The notes beneath the pieces are model-generated. The model did not search any database and was not told where the DNA came from. It was given only the letters and a program-made list of their open reading frames with translations. Source: Methylocystis sp. (GTDB lineage: Bacteria; Pseudomonadota; Alphaproteobacteria; Rhizobiales; Beijerinckiaceae). Taken from it: a stretch of DNA of 61,371 nucleotides. Each line of letters begins with the position of its first letter. Position 1 is the first letter of the stretch. Of the stretch, positions 40,842 through 49,529 are shown piece by piece. The DNA lies in the NCBI GenBank assembly GCA_016177005.1, contig JACOWC010000053.1, positions 1-61,371 of the forward strand. The letters run 5' to 3'. The translations under genes were made by a program, and so were the position numbers.

Positions 40842-41846
40842 TCAATCGCGGCCCGCGTTCGCGCTCGACGAGGCGAGCTGGGCTTCGATCCAAGCGTAAG
40901 TTTTCTCGAGGCCTTCCCGCAGCGGCCGCTCCGGCGCCCAGCCGAGCCGGCTTCTGACCAAGCGGTTGTCGGAGTTTCGCCCCCTTACGCCGAGCGGTCC
41001 CTTGATATGACGGATCGAGATCCTTTTGCCGGCGATGTTGGCGACAAGCGCGGCGAGCTGATTGATCGAGACCATTTCCTGTGAGCCGATGTTCACCGGT
41101 CCCGCAAAATCGGATCTCATCAAGCGCGTTACGCCTTCGAGGCATTCGTCGACGTAAAGAAATGAGCGGGTTTGAGCGCCGTCGCCCCAGATCTCAATCT
41201 CGCCGCCGTCCGGCGCCTCGGCGACCTTGCGACAGACAGCCGCCGGCGCCTTCTCCCGGCCGCCTCGCCAGGCGCCCTCTGGGCCAAAGACGTTGTGAAA
41301 CCTCGCGATGCGCGCTTCAATCGCGAAATTGCGGGCGTAAGCGAGATAGAGCCTCTCGCTGAAGAGCTTTTCCCACCCGTATTCGCTGTCCGGGGCGGCG
41401 GGATAGGCGCTTTCCTCAGCGCAATTCGGATTGTCCGGGTCGAGCTGGTTGCGCTCAGGGTAGATGCAGGCGGACGACGAGTAAAAGATGCGCTTGACGT
41501 TTCGCTTGTGGCAAACGTCGAGCACATTGAGATTGATGGTCGCCGAGTTGTGCAACACCTCGGCGTCATGCTCGCCCGTAAAAAGGTATCCCGCTCCGCC
41601 CATGTCGGCGGCGAGCTGATAGACCTCGTCGAATCTCCGGTCGACGCAATGGCGGCACATATAGGGGTCGCGCAGGTCGCCGATCAGGAAATCGTCCGCC
41701 GGCGTTTCGGCGAAGGGATTGAATTTGAGATCGACGGCGCGGACCCAAAATCCTTCCCGCTTGAGCCGCTTCGTCAAATGGCCGCCGATGAAGCCTCCCC
41801 CTCCGAGCACCAGCGCAGTTCTACCGATCATTCCTGCACTCTCCAT
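40842..41846 (-). CDS. NAD-dependent nucleotide-sugar epimerase (GDP-mannose 3',5'-epimerase-like)
   Basis: GGGGFIG, LAADMGG, SSACIYP, YGWEK, REKAPAA, GVRGRNSDN. Confidence 0.9.
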   Translation of the reverse strand: MESAGMIGRTALVLGGGGFIGGHLTKRLKREGFWVRAVDLKFNPFAETPADDFLIGDLRDPYMCRHCVDRRFDEVYQLAADMGGAGYLFTGEHDAEVLHNSATINLNVLDVCHKRNVKRIFYSSSACIYPERNQLDPDNPNCAEESAYPAAPDSEYGWEKLFSERLYLAYARNFAIEARIARFHNVFGPEGAWRGGREKAPAAVCRKVAEAPDGGEIEIWGDGAQTRSFLYVDECLEGVTRLMRSDFAGPVNIGSQEMVSINQLAALVANIAGKRISIRHIKGPLGVRGRNSDNRLVRSRLGWAPERPLREGLEKTYAWIEAQLASSSANAGRD

Positions 41847-41929
41847 GCTCCATCAGCATTGGGGCGATCTCGTAACGCAAGCGGCCCGCGTGTGCGACTT
41901 GGCGCGTGGAGCCGCTTCCGAGCCGGCGA

Positions 41930-43348
41930 TCAAGCCGCTCCTTTTCTCAAGTGCGGCGCCGCGCCGGCCCCAGGTTGCATCAAATGGAACGGAAAGCCCG
42001 CGGCCGCCGGTCGTTCGACGATTCCCCAGGGGTCGATCACGGTCAGCCGCTTTGCCGCTCGCGAGGGGCCCGGCGCGAACAGCTTCGCGAATTGCGGCCA
42101 GGGCGTCGTGACGACGACGACGTCGGCCTCAGCCACCGCGGCCGCGGGATCGTCGAAAAGTCGCGCGTGCGACTGGAGCATGGACTGAGCGGCGGGCAGA
42201 GCCAGCGGATCGCTGGCGACGACGTCGTAGCCTGACGAAAGAAGACGCGCCGCCAGCGCGAGGCCCTGGCTCTCCTCGATCACGCCGGTGTCGGGTTTAT
42301 ACGACAATCCCAGAATGGCGATGACATCGCCCGGCGCCGCGCAGCTTTCAATCGCCGCCATCAGCCGGTCGAGCTGGTGGTCGTTGATCTCGTCCGTCGC
42401 CCGAGCGATCGCGCAATTCACCCCGAGCTTGCCGCCGAGCGCCGCAAGGGCCTTGTTGTCGCGGGGAAAGCATGGACCCCCGTAGCCGATTGCGGGGCGC
42501 AGATATTTGCGGCCGATGCGGCTGTCGGCGCCGATGGCGTTCGTGACCACGAGCGCGTCCGCGCCGGGCAGGCGATCGCACATTTCGCCGATCATGTTGG
42601 CGTAAGAAATCTTCGTGGTGACGAAGGTGTTGATCGCGATCTTAGCCAGTTCTGCGTTGACGAGGCTCATCCGGTGGAATTCCGGTTCGCCCTCGACGCA
42701 GGCGCGTTGAATCGTTTCGACGACGCTCCCCGCCCTGTCGTCCGACTGTCCGATCAGGATCAGATCGGGATGGAGCATGTCGCGCACCACGGAGCCGAGC
42801 GCGATGAATTCGGGATTGTAGCAAAGGCCAAGATCTACGCCGACCTTTCGCCCGGAAGAACGCTCCAGCGCCAGTCTGATCTCGCCGTCCATCGAGCCGG
42901 GGATCAGCGTGCTGGTCACCGCCACCACATGGTAGGAGTCCTTCTTGCGCAGGGCGCCGCCGACGCTCGTTAGCGCGTCGACGACATAGGCGTTAGAAAA
43001 GAGACGGCTGGCGTCCGAAGGGGTCGGCACGATGATGAAGGTGACGTCGGAATCGGCGACCGCTTCGTCGAAGGACGTCGTGGCTCTCAGGCGCTCCCGT
43101 CCCCGGTCGATCATCGCCTGGAGCAGCGGCTCGGCGACGGGCGCGCGCCCCGCGTTGACGGCCTCGACCGCCTCGGCGTTCAAATCGAGTCCAATGACGG
43201 AAAAACCCTTCGCGGCGAAGACCGCAGCCAATGGCGCGCCCAACTTGCCGAGCCCGATCACGGACAATCTGGGGCGTCCCAATTCGTCAAAGGAGTGCGT
43301 CACCGCGTGTTTCCCATTTGACTTGCGGCGCAAGGACCCAACCATCAA
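41930..43348 (-). CDS. UDP-glucose/GDP-mannose dehydrogenase family
   Basis: IGLGKLG, IVPTP, YNPEF, YGGPCFPRD, GLSYKPDT. Confidence 0.92.
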   Translation of the reverse strand: MMVGSLRRKSNGKHAVTHSFDELGRPRLSVIGLGKLGAPLAAVFAAKGFSVIGLDLNAEAVEAVNAGRAPVAEPLLQAMIDRGRERLRATTSFDEAVADSDVTFIIVPTPSDASRLFSNAYVVDALTSVGGALRKKDSYHVVAVTSTLIPGSMDGEIRLALERSSGRKVGVDLGLCYNPEFIALGSVVRDMLHPDLILIGQSDDRAGSVVETIQRACVEGEPEFHRMSLVNAELAKIAINTFVTTKISYANMIGEMCDRLPGADALVVTNAIGADSRIGRKYLRPAIGYGGPCFPRDNKALAALGGKLGVNCAIARATDEINDHQLDRLMAAIESCAAPGDVIAILGLSYKPDTGVIEESQGLALAARLLSSGYDVVASDPLALPAAQSMLQSHARLFDDPAAAVAEADVVVVTTPWPQFAKLFAPGPSRAAKRLTVIDPWGIVERPAAAGFPFHLMQPGAGAAPHLRKGAA

Positions 43349-43436
43349 TAGCTTGAGCCGATCCAGTTATTACCGGCGCCTCCACCAAAGGGCAACCCCG
43401 GCGCCAGGGCCTTCGCGTGCTTGGGAGTCCGGCGCG

Positions 43437-44519
43437 TCACCGCGGTTCCGCGGCGGCCTTCTCGGACGCGGCCAAGAGTTCCGCCTCCGCGAGATAAGCC
43501 GCCGCCTCTCGCCGTTTTCCGGCCTCGAGACAGGCCTGCGCGGCCAGTTCACACGCCTTCTCACGGAATATGCCGCGGTCGAAGGCGAGCAAACCTTCGT
43601 GGAGCTCGTCGGGGTCTATGCGCCGCAGCGCCATCGCTGCCTGGAGCGCTTCCAGGGGACGGCCGGCGTTCAGTAGCGCGTGGCCGCGCAGAAACGCCAG
43701 ACCGTAATCCAGCGCAAGATGATGCGCGTTCTCTTCGATGAGCGGCAGAGGATCGTCGCCCCTTTCGAGACTGAGGCGGGCGATAGCCTGCAGGATCAGG
43801 CTGGCGTTGGCCTCAGCCTTCTCGGAGACATCGAATTCGGCTCTGGCGAAACCTTCATTCGCCGCCGCGAGCGCTTCATCCGTCCTTCCGAGAGCGGCGA
43901 GCGTTTCCGCCAAATGATGCCAGTAGTACAACCGATTCGGTTCGGATCGAACGCAATCTTCGAGCAAGGGCAGATTGCGGGCGTGCTTTTCAGATTGGTC
44001 GCCGTCGTAGCCCAAGTGGTCCAACTCGATGCTGGTCCGGGCGATCGGAAGATTCTCGCGCGCCGAGATCTCCTGCAGAACCGGCATGAACGTCTCGTGG
44101 AGCCTTCCTCGAAACCTTAGACGCGGATCGTTGCGGAAAAGCCGCGGTTCTCTGTAGCGCGTATAGCCTTTCTTCGGCTGGAAGCGGACAGAGGCGGCGA
44201 TTGCGGAAGAATCAAGATAGTCGGAAACTCTCCCGCCTTCTGGCAGACGGAGGCGTTCGTCGGCGTCGATATAGAGAAACCATTCGCTGCCGACCGCGTC
44301 GAGTCCGACGTTTCTCGCGGCCGCGAAGTCCCCGGTCCATTGGTGATGAATGACCTTTGCGCCCGCGCCCGTGGCGATATTGACGGTGGCGTCCGACGAA
44401 CCCGTATCGACGATGATGATGTCATCGACACGCCCCGACAGGCTGTCGAGGCAACCGGGCAGGAAACGCTCCTCGTTCTTGACGATGAGAGCGGCGGCGA
44501 CGGAACTTACGCCTTTCAT
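43437..44519 (-). CDS. GT2 glycosyltransferase with TPR-like C-terminus
   Basis: IVKNEE..L..CL.S, VDTGSSD.T, WTGDFAAARN, IDADE, GRLHE, HLGY. Confidence 0.9.
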   Translation of the reverse strand: MKGVSSVAAALIVKNEERFLPGCLDSLSGRVDDIIIVDTGSSDATVNIATGAGAKVIHHQWTGDFAAARNVGLDAVGSEWFLYIDADERLRLPEGGRVSDYLDSSAIAASVRFQPKKGYTRYREPRLFRNDPRLRFRGRLHETFMPVLQEISARENLPIARTSIELDHLGYDGDQSEKHARNLPLLEDCVRSEPNRLYYWHHLAETLAALGRTDEALAAANEGFARAEFDVSEKAEANASLILQAIARLSLERGDDPLPLIEENAHHLALDYGLAFLRGHALLNAGRPLEALQAAMALRRIDPDELHEGLLAFDRGIFREKACELAAQACLEAGKRREAAAYLAEAELLAASEKAAAEPR

Positions 44520-44591
44520 GACGAGACTGCGCCGGAACTCACACGCATGAATTATGAACGAGTAATCGCCCCACCCTTTGTCGCTTGTCGC

Positions 44592-44798
44592 TCAGAAATT
44601 ACCCATCATGGTGACGGGGGGGACCTTCGTCACGCCCTTGGGGTCAGATCGACGCAGGCGCTCCGTGTCCAACGGGATCACTCGCGGCGCCTCGTACGTG
44701 GCCTTGCCGAAAACCTTCGCAACAATACTCGGAACAGACCGACCCTGCATTCCCGAAAGCGGTTCTCGGGAAGCAGTTTGCTTCAGGGCGGTCTTCAT
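44592..44798 (-). CDS. Putative RiPP precursor peptide (68 aa) with YxxPxV leader motif
   Basis: GGAGG RBS before ATG 44798; MKTALKQ...KATYEAPRVIPLDTERLRRSDPKGVTKVPPVTMMGNF; fills the intergenic gap in a same-strand run containing a PqqD/RRE. Confidence 0.6.
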   Translation of the reverse strand: MKTALKQTASREPLSGMQGRSVPSIVAKVFGKATYEAPRVIPLDTERLRRSDPKGVTKVPPVTMMGNF

Positions 44799-44975
44799 CC
44801 AAGCCTCCATGCATGCGCCACTGTTTACTTTTTCTAACGAAAGAAACCAAAGCGGTCAAGGTCAGGCAAACCTCAAGAAGGCCTCGAACAGCCCGTATTT
44901 AAAGGAAGAGCAAGGAGGCTGATCCGACCCGCGCGCTCCTCGTCCGATGGCCCCTGCGGGAGCGGCCCCTCACGT

Positions 44976-46349
44976 TCACAATATGTCGCAGCGGTAGCCC
45001 AGCCGTTTGCGATCGCTCCCCCAGTCGATTTCCTTGACCACTTGGACTTCAACGTCAAAAGAATCCGTGCAGTGCCTCTTGAGCAATTCTATAAGCCGGG
45101 AGCGCTGACACTGAGTCACATCGTCCTGCGCGCACAGCTCGATTTTAATCGTTCTGTAGCCTGTTTGCCTGATCCGGTATTCTCGCAGATTCACGATTTC
45201 GAGCAATTCGCTATTCCTGACATAGAACGGCGTTATCGACTGATCCGCGTGCTTTAGCAGGCTCTTTGTTCTGCCGCATATGTTGGAAAGCGTCGGTCCA
45301 TCATGTCCGCACGGGCAAACGGCGGCAAGCGAAGCGAAATCGCCGATGTCGTAACGAATCATCGGCGTGGCGTAGGAATGTAAATGAGTCACGAGAACGC
45401 GGCCAAGCTCGACGCCGTTCATGTCGATCTTTTCGCCGCGATCGATTTCCACGACAACGTTGCTCGTCGCAACATGAAACTTGCCTGGCGTGAACTCGCA
45501 CTCCGATGCGATGAGTCCGACCTCTTCCGCCGAATAGCTCGATCGCACCGGGACCCCTCTTTGCGCGAATTTTTCGCGCAACGAATCGTCCACGCCTTCG
45601 CCGATTGGCATCCACATGGACAAGCCGGAATTGGAAAGCAGTTCCTCTTCGGCTTCTCGCAACAACGGTTCGATAATGCGCGGAGATGCGATCAAATAAC
45701 CGATCTCGTCTCTCGCAAGTTCCGTCGCCAGTTTCCTGATGGCAGGGTGAAAGTATTTTATGTGCTTAGTGCCGCCTGACGCAAAGAATGAGTCAAGGTG
45801 ATATAACCACGATCCCTTGCGCTCCACATTGAATCCGTCCGCAAAATGCTCTGGACTGTGTTGCAGGAGAGTCTTGGGTTTCGTAAGTTCTCTGCCTTCA
45901 ATGAAGTATTGAGCCATGCCTCTTATATTATTATACTCCATATTCATTGCGCTAACATAGAATTTCGTCGGCATGCCTGAAGAGCCGGATGTCGAATGCA
46001 GCGCTACCCCTATTCTGTCGGGGGCCCTGAGCAGGCTTTGTTCGCTTGCCACTTGGGCGATGAGATCGCGGCGCCTCAATATCGGCAGCAAATGGAGATC
46101 GAGGCTCTTGACGTTGCGCGACCCGATCCGTCGTCGCCAGAAGGACGACCGGCTCGCGCAGTGCGCGAGAAGATTGTTGATTTGTGCGCGCTGCCACTCT
46201 TCCCGCGCGGCGCGGGTTCCCGTTTCGATCGCGAGCAGATCGATGACGGCGACAAGCGCGTTCTTCACCGCTGGCTCGCAAAACGTCATCGCTTGCGCGC
46301 TGAAGGCCGACTTCAGCACCTCCGCTTTTGAAAAGTCTATGCGCAGCAT
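44976..46349 (-). CDS. PaaK/CapK-like adenylate-forming ligase
   Basis: STSGSSGMP, YSAEEVG.IA.EC, PMIRYDIGD, GRT. Confidence 0.85.
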   Translation of the reverse strand: MLRIDFSKAEVLKSAFSAQAMTFCEPAVKNALVAVIDLLAIETGTRAAREEWQRAQINNLLAHCASRSSFWRRRIGSRNVKSLDLHLLPILRRRDLIAQVASEQSLLRAPDRIGVALHSTSGSSGMPTKFYVSAMNMEYNNIRGMAQYFIEGRELTKPKTLLQHSPEHFADGFNVERKGSWLYHLDSFFASGGTKHIKYFHPAIRKLATELARDEIGYLIASPRIIEPLLREAEEELLSNSGLSMWMPIGEGVDDSLREKFAQRGVPVRSSYSAEEVGLIASECEFTPGKFHVATSNVVVEIDRGEKIDMNGVELGRVLVTHLHSYATPMIRYDIGDFASLAAVCPCGHDGPTLSNICGRTKSLLKHADQSITPFYVRNSELLEIVNLREYRIRQTGYRTIKIELCAQDDVTQCQRSRLIELLKRHCTDSFDVEVQVVKEIDWGSDRKRLGYRCDIL

Positions 46350-46454
46350 AGCTCGGCCTGGCCCTTCTCAGCATCATTCCCGAAAAGTTAAGAACCGATT
46401 TTCAGACAAAATGATGCGAAACGCCTCTCCGGCCGCGGCTGCGCGCGTTGGCTT

Positions 46455-46802
46455 TCAGGAAAGCCCATCGTTCCGCCGTTTCAGGATCTTCGTTAGAAAG
46501 CGGCGCACAGCCGCTCCTGGCGCCGGGCTCTCGGCTTCCACTAAGCCCTCGGCCAGAAGCATTCTAAGGCAAATCTCGACATCGGTCAGCGGATCCGCGG
46601 TGAGCGCGAACGCTTGCCGCATCAACGCCGCAATAGCGGCCGCGTCGGCTCCGTCCTCGCATAATTCGAGCACGGCGACGGCCGTGGGATTGAGGAGAAT
46701 CGCGCGTTCGGCGCTTTCGTCGTAAATGACGTATCCGTCCAAGACCTCCAAATAGTCGGGGTTCTTGATCTTCCTATATACTTGCCCTGGCTCCTCACGC
46801 AT
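46455..46802 (-). CDS. Stand-alone PqqD-family protein (RiPP recognition element)
   Basis: DGYVIYD...LLNPTA..VLELC..G...IAA.M..AF...DV..CL..L..EGLV. Confidence 0.85.
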   Translation of the reverse strand: MREEPGQVYRKIKNPDYLEVLDGYVIYDESAERAILLNPTAVAVLELCEDGADAAAIAALMRQAFALTADPLTDVEICLRMLLAEGLVEAESPAPGAAVRRFLTKILKRRNDGLS

Positions 46803-46874
46803 CGCGCTCTTCTCGATCTGCTGACTTTATCCCAGAACGCTTTTGTCGGACCTGGTGGCGCAGGCCCGACGGCC

Positions 46875-47915
46875 TCAGGCGACCTCTGCGACGGCGTCGA
46901 TGACCTCGTCAACGCCGATTGTCGCCCCGATCGACGACTCGACGAAATCGACCATGACCTTATGCGCCCAGAAGCCGCTTGCGGTTTCTGGGCTTTCGAG
47001 CGCGATCGTCGCGTCGCGCACCATGATGATGTTGAATCTTTCCCGCCACATGTTGATGACGCCGATCGGGCGCGTCATCAAGCAATAATTTGTCGAATAC
47101 CCCATATATACGAGCCTATCCGCGCCAAGCGCGCGCAAGTCCTCGGCGATATAGTTGGCGTGCAGGCTGCCCTCGATCAGGACTTCATTCGGCCGGGGCG
47201 CGATTGCGGGATGTGGCGCGCGGTCGTGCGGGGCGTGAAAAATCCTGAAGCCCGCACGGCGAAAGGCGGATAAGGCCGGGACCAGGCGATCAACGATGTT
47301 TTCGTGCGCGCGCTGCGCCCAGCCCGGACATTCGTGGTCCGACCAGGCGTCGATGACGATCACCGCGGACCTCCGCGCCTCGAGAATTTCCGACGTGACC
47401 ACGGGCGCGCCGCCTCGTTCAGGATGAGCCTCTGTCCCGCCGAAGGGCGTTTGCGATCGACGTCGCATCGGCAGACGCAGGCGCGCGTCGGAAGTCGGCC
47501 AATTCCGGAGCAGTCCCTCGCCGAAGGGCCTCTCTCTTATGCTCAGCAGAGCGCCCGAGGACGGGTCGCCCGCAGCGGATGCGTTGCGGATCAGCAAGCC
47601 GGCCATTGCGCGGCCTTCCGGAACGAGAAGGGAGCCTGCATGTTTGCCGCTCGCCCAGACCCGCTCCGAAAGTAGCTTCAGATCGGCGCTTACCGCAGCC
47701 AAGCCGATCGCGCCATGCTCGACCTCGAGACTCACGTCGAAGGCGAGGGGGCCTTCCGCCTCCAAATCCGTCGAGACGGGAATGAGAGCCGAGTAGCCGC
47801 CGCAATCCGGATGCGTGCGCACGCGGATTTCGTCTTCGTCGACGCTCAGATGCGCCCCGTTCAGCTGCATCGCCTTCTCTACGCGAACGCACGCCGCGAA
47901 TCTCAAGGGTTCCAT
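46875..47915 (-). CDS. Isochorismatase-like cysteine hydrolase with N-terminal accessory module
   Basis: AVIVIDAW..H.C, LVYMGYSTNYC, VRDAT; GGGAG RBS before ATG 47915. Confidence 0.7.
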   Translation of the reverse strand: MEPLRFAACVRVEKAMQLNGAHLSVDEDEIRVRTHPDCGGYSALIPVSTDLEAEGPLAFDVSLEVEHGAIGLAAVSADLKLLSERVWASGKHAGSLLVPEGRAMAGLLIRNASAAGDPSSGALLSIRERPFGEGLLRNWPTSDARLRLPMRRRSQTPFGGTEAHPERGGAPVVTSEILEARRSAVIVIDAWSDHECPGWAQRAHENIVDRLVPALSAFRRAGFRIFHAPHDRAPHPAIAPRPNEVLIEGSLHANYIAEDLRALGADRLVYMGYSTNYCLMTRPIGVINMWRERFNIIMVRDATIALESPETASGFWAHKVMVDFVESSIGATIGVDEVIDAVAEVA

Positions 47916-48252
47916 CGCGCACTCCCAAGACCCGCATCTGTGGCGGGCGCGCGTATGGACGTTATCACATTGCTCGGGAGCCAAGCGCAGGACTCTTCAG
48001 CCTTCGTCCCCTCACATTCACGTCGTCGCGAAAGGTCAAATTCGTTAAAGAATTGCCGCAATCGGCGCATGATTGCGGTAATTTTATCACAGCTTTCGGA
48101 AAAATGATCGGCGACAGGCTTCAGCGTCAAATCCTTTATTGCCTACGGAAATGAAGTTGGCGATAAAAATTCAGATATGCCTGCGCTCTCCCAATGGATT
48201 GCCGCGAATTGAGGGAAGAGCAACCCCCTGTTGAATCGTGAGACGGCGCATT

Positions 48253-49110
48253 ATGAAAAATCATCTACCGTCTATCTCGGTTCTGGCGCTGCTCATGGCG
48301 TCAGGTTCTGCATTTGCAGCCGACCTTCCTTCGCACAAGGCGCCGCCGCCTCCGCCACCTCCGCCGCCTGCGCCGGCGTTGTGGACGGGCTGCTACGTCG
48401 GTCTCAACGCCGGCTGGACATGGGGCGATCACAATCAGATATCCAACCAGTCCATCGACAGCGAAGGGGCCACTGGGCTAACGACCACATACGCGGCCTC
48501 CCACGCGCCGCTGGACGGATTCATCGGCGGCGGCCAGGCGGGCTGCAATTATCAGTTCCCGGGCAGCAGTTTCGTTCTCGGCCTCGAAACGGACATCCAG
48601 GGCACGACAGCCTCGGGACACGGCGCCGCCGCAGGGTTGGGCGCCGTAGGCCCGAACGCCTTGCTCACGGTGTTCGATAACCACAGAACGCTCGACTATC
48701 TCGGAACCGTGCGCGGTCGGGTCGGCTTCCTCATTACGCCGACGCTGGAGGTCTACGGAACCGGGGGCCTCGCCTATGGCGGAGTCACGGCGAACACCAG
48801 CGCGTTCAGCTTCTGGTCGCCCTTCGGCCAGTTCGGAGGCGGCGCGGGGAACTTCTCCGGCACGCTGGCTGGCTGGACGGCTGGCGCGGGCGTCGAGTGG
48901 ATGTTCATGCCGAACTGGAGCGCGAAGGCCGAGTATCTGCATTACGACCTCGGCCATGCGAATTGGACGACGAGCTGGCTCGTCCCCGGCAACTTCGGCG
49001 GCGTAGGCGCGAATTTCGCGGTCTCTCGTACGACCTTCGACGGCAACATCGTCCGGCTTGGCGTGAACTATCACTTCAACGTGGCTCCGCCGCCCATGAT
49101 CCAATACTGA
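48253..49110 (+). CDS. Outer-membrane beta-barrel protein (Omp25/RopB family)
   Basis: Signal + ADLPSHKAPPPP, WTGCYVGLNAG, GWTAGAGVEW, GVNYHF. Confidence 0.9.
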   Translation: MKNHLPSISVLALLMASGSAFAADLPSHKAPPPPPPPPPAPALWTGCYVGLNAGWTWGDHNQISNQSIDSEGATGLTTTYAASHAPLDGFIGGGQAGCNYQFPGSSFVLGLETDIQGTTASGHGAAAGLGAVGPNALLTVFDNHRTLDYLGTVRGRVGFLITPTLEVYGTGGLAYGGVTANTSAFSFWSPFGQFGGGAGNFSGTLAGWTAGAGVEWMFMPNWSAKAEYLHYDLGHANWTTSWLVPGNFGGVGANFAVSRTTFDGNIVRLGVNYHFNVAPPPMIQY

Positions 49111-49148
49111 TCCGCCGGCGCCATTCGACGACGGAAGACGATCTCGTG

Positions 49149-49182
49149 CGGAAGGCGCCGCCCTCGAAGGCAGCGCCTTTCC
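49149..49182 (+). terminator. Hairpin after the omp gene
   Basis: GGAAGGCGCCGCC-loop-GGCAGCGCCTTTCC. Confidence 0.55.
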
Positions 49183-49236
49183 CGCGAGGCGTGAACGACG
49201 CGCATCAGCCGCTGGCCTGCCAAAAGAGCTGCCGCA

Positions 49237-49266
49237 TTGACAATATTCGCAGAGCCGTAGTAGCCG
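49237..49266 (+). promoter_or_regulatory. Possible sigma70 promoter for the precursor + radical SAM unit
   Basis: Perfect TTGACA at 49237 with a weak TAG-containing -10 region. Confidence 0.4.
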
Positions 49267-49295
49267 TTTTGAATATAGAAACCCAGGAGAACGCC

Positions 49296-49514
49296 ATGTC
49301 GGCCATGTCTCATGAAGTCGATCGCGCAAATCCGGTGAAATCAGCCGTCTTCGCGCCAGCAATCGCGTCCGAGGGCGCTGGGGCAAATCGCGAGCTCAAT
49401 CCAATCATGACGCGCGTTCTCGCCAAGGCTCGTTCGGCGAGGCCCGCTTCCGCCCAAGATGGCGATGCGAGAAAGTCCGAATTTCTCTCGGCGTTTTACA
49501 AATCCGCTGAATAA
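49296..49514 (+). CDS. Putative cyclophane (triceptide) RiPP precursor, 72 aa
   Basis: AGGAG RBS before ATG 49296; helical LNPIMTRVLAKAR leader; C-terminal SEFLSAFYKSAE; stop 15 nt before the rSAM gene. Confidence 0.75.
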   Translation: MSAMSHEVDRANPVKSAVFAPAIASEGAGANRELNPIMTRVLAKARSARPASAQDGDARKSEFLSAFYKSAE

Positions 49515-49529
49515 CGCGTCGCCGGGGCG

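Noticed and set aside
44592-46802. Lasso peptide cluster
   Set aside because: YxxP motif and RRE are present, but there is no asparagine-synthetase-like cyclase or transglutaminase-like peptidase, and no convincing Thr(-2)/acceptor geometry.
46455-46802. PQQ biosynthesis
   Set aside because: No pqqA (ExxxY), pqqB, pqqC or pqqE in the window.
48897-49295. N-terminal 133 aa of the 205-aa ORF
   Set aside because: Overlaps the omp gene and its terminator; the RBS supports a start at 49296.
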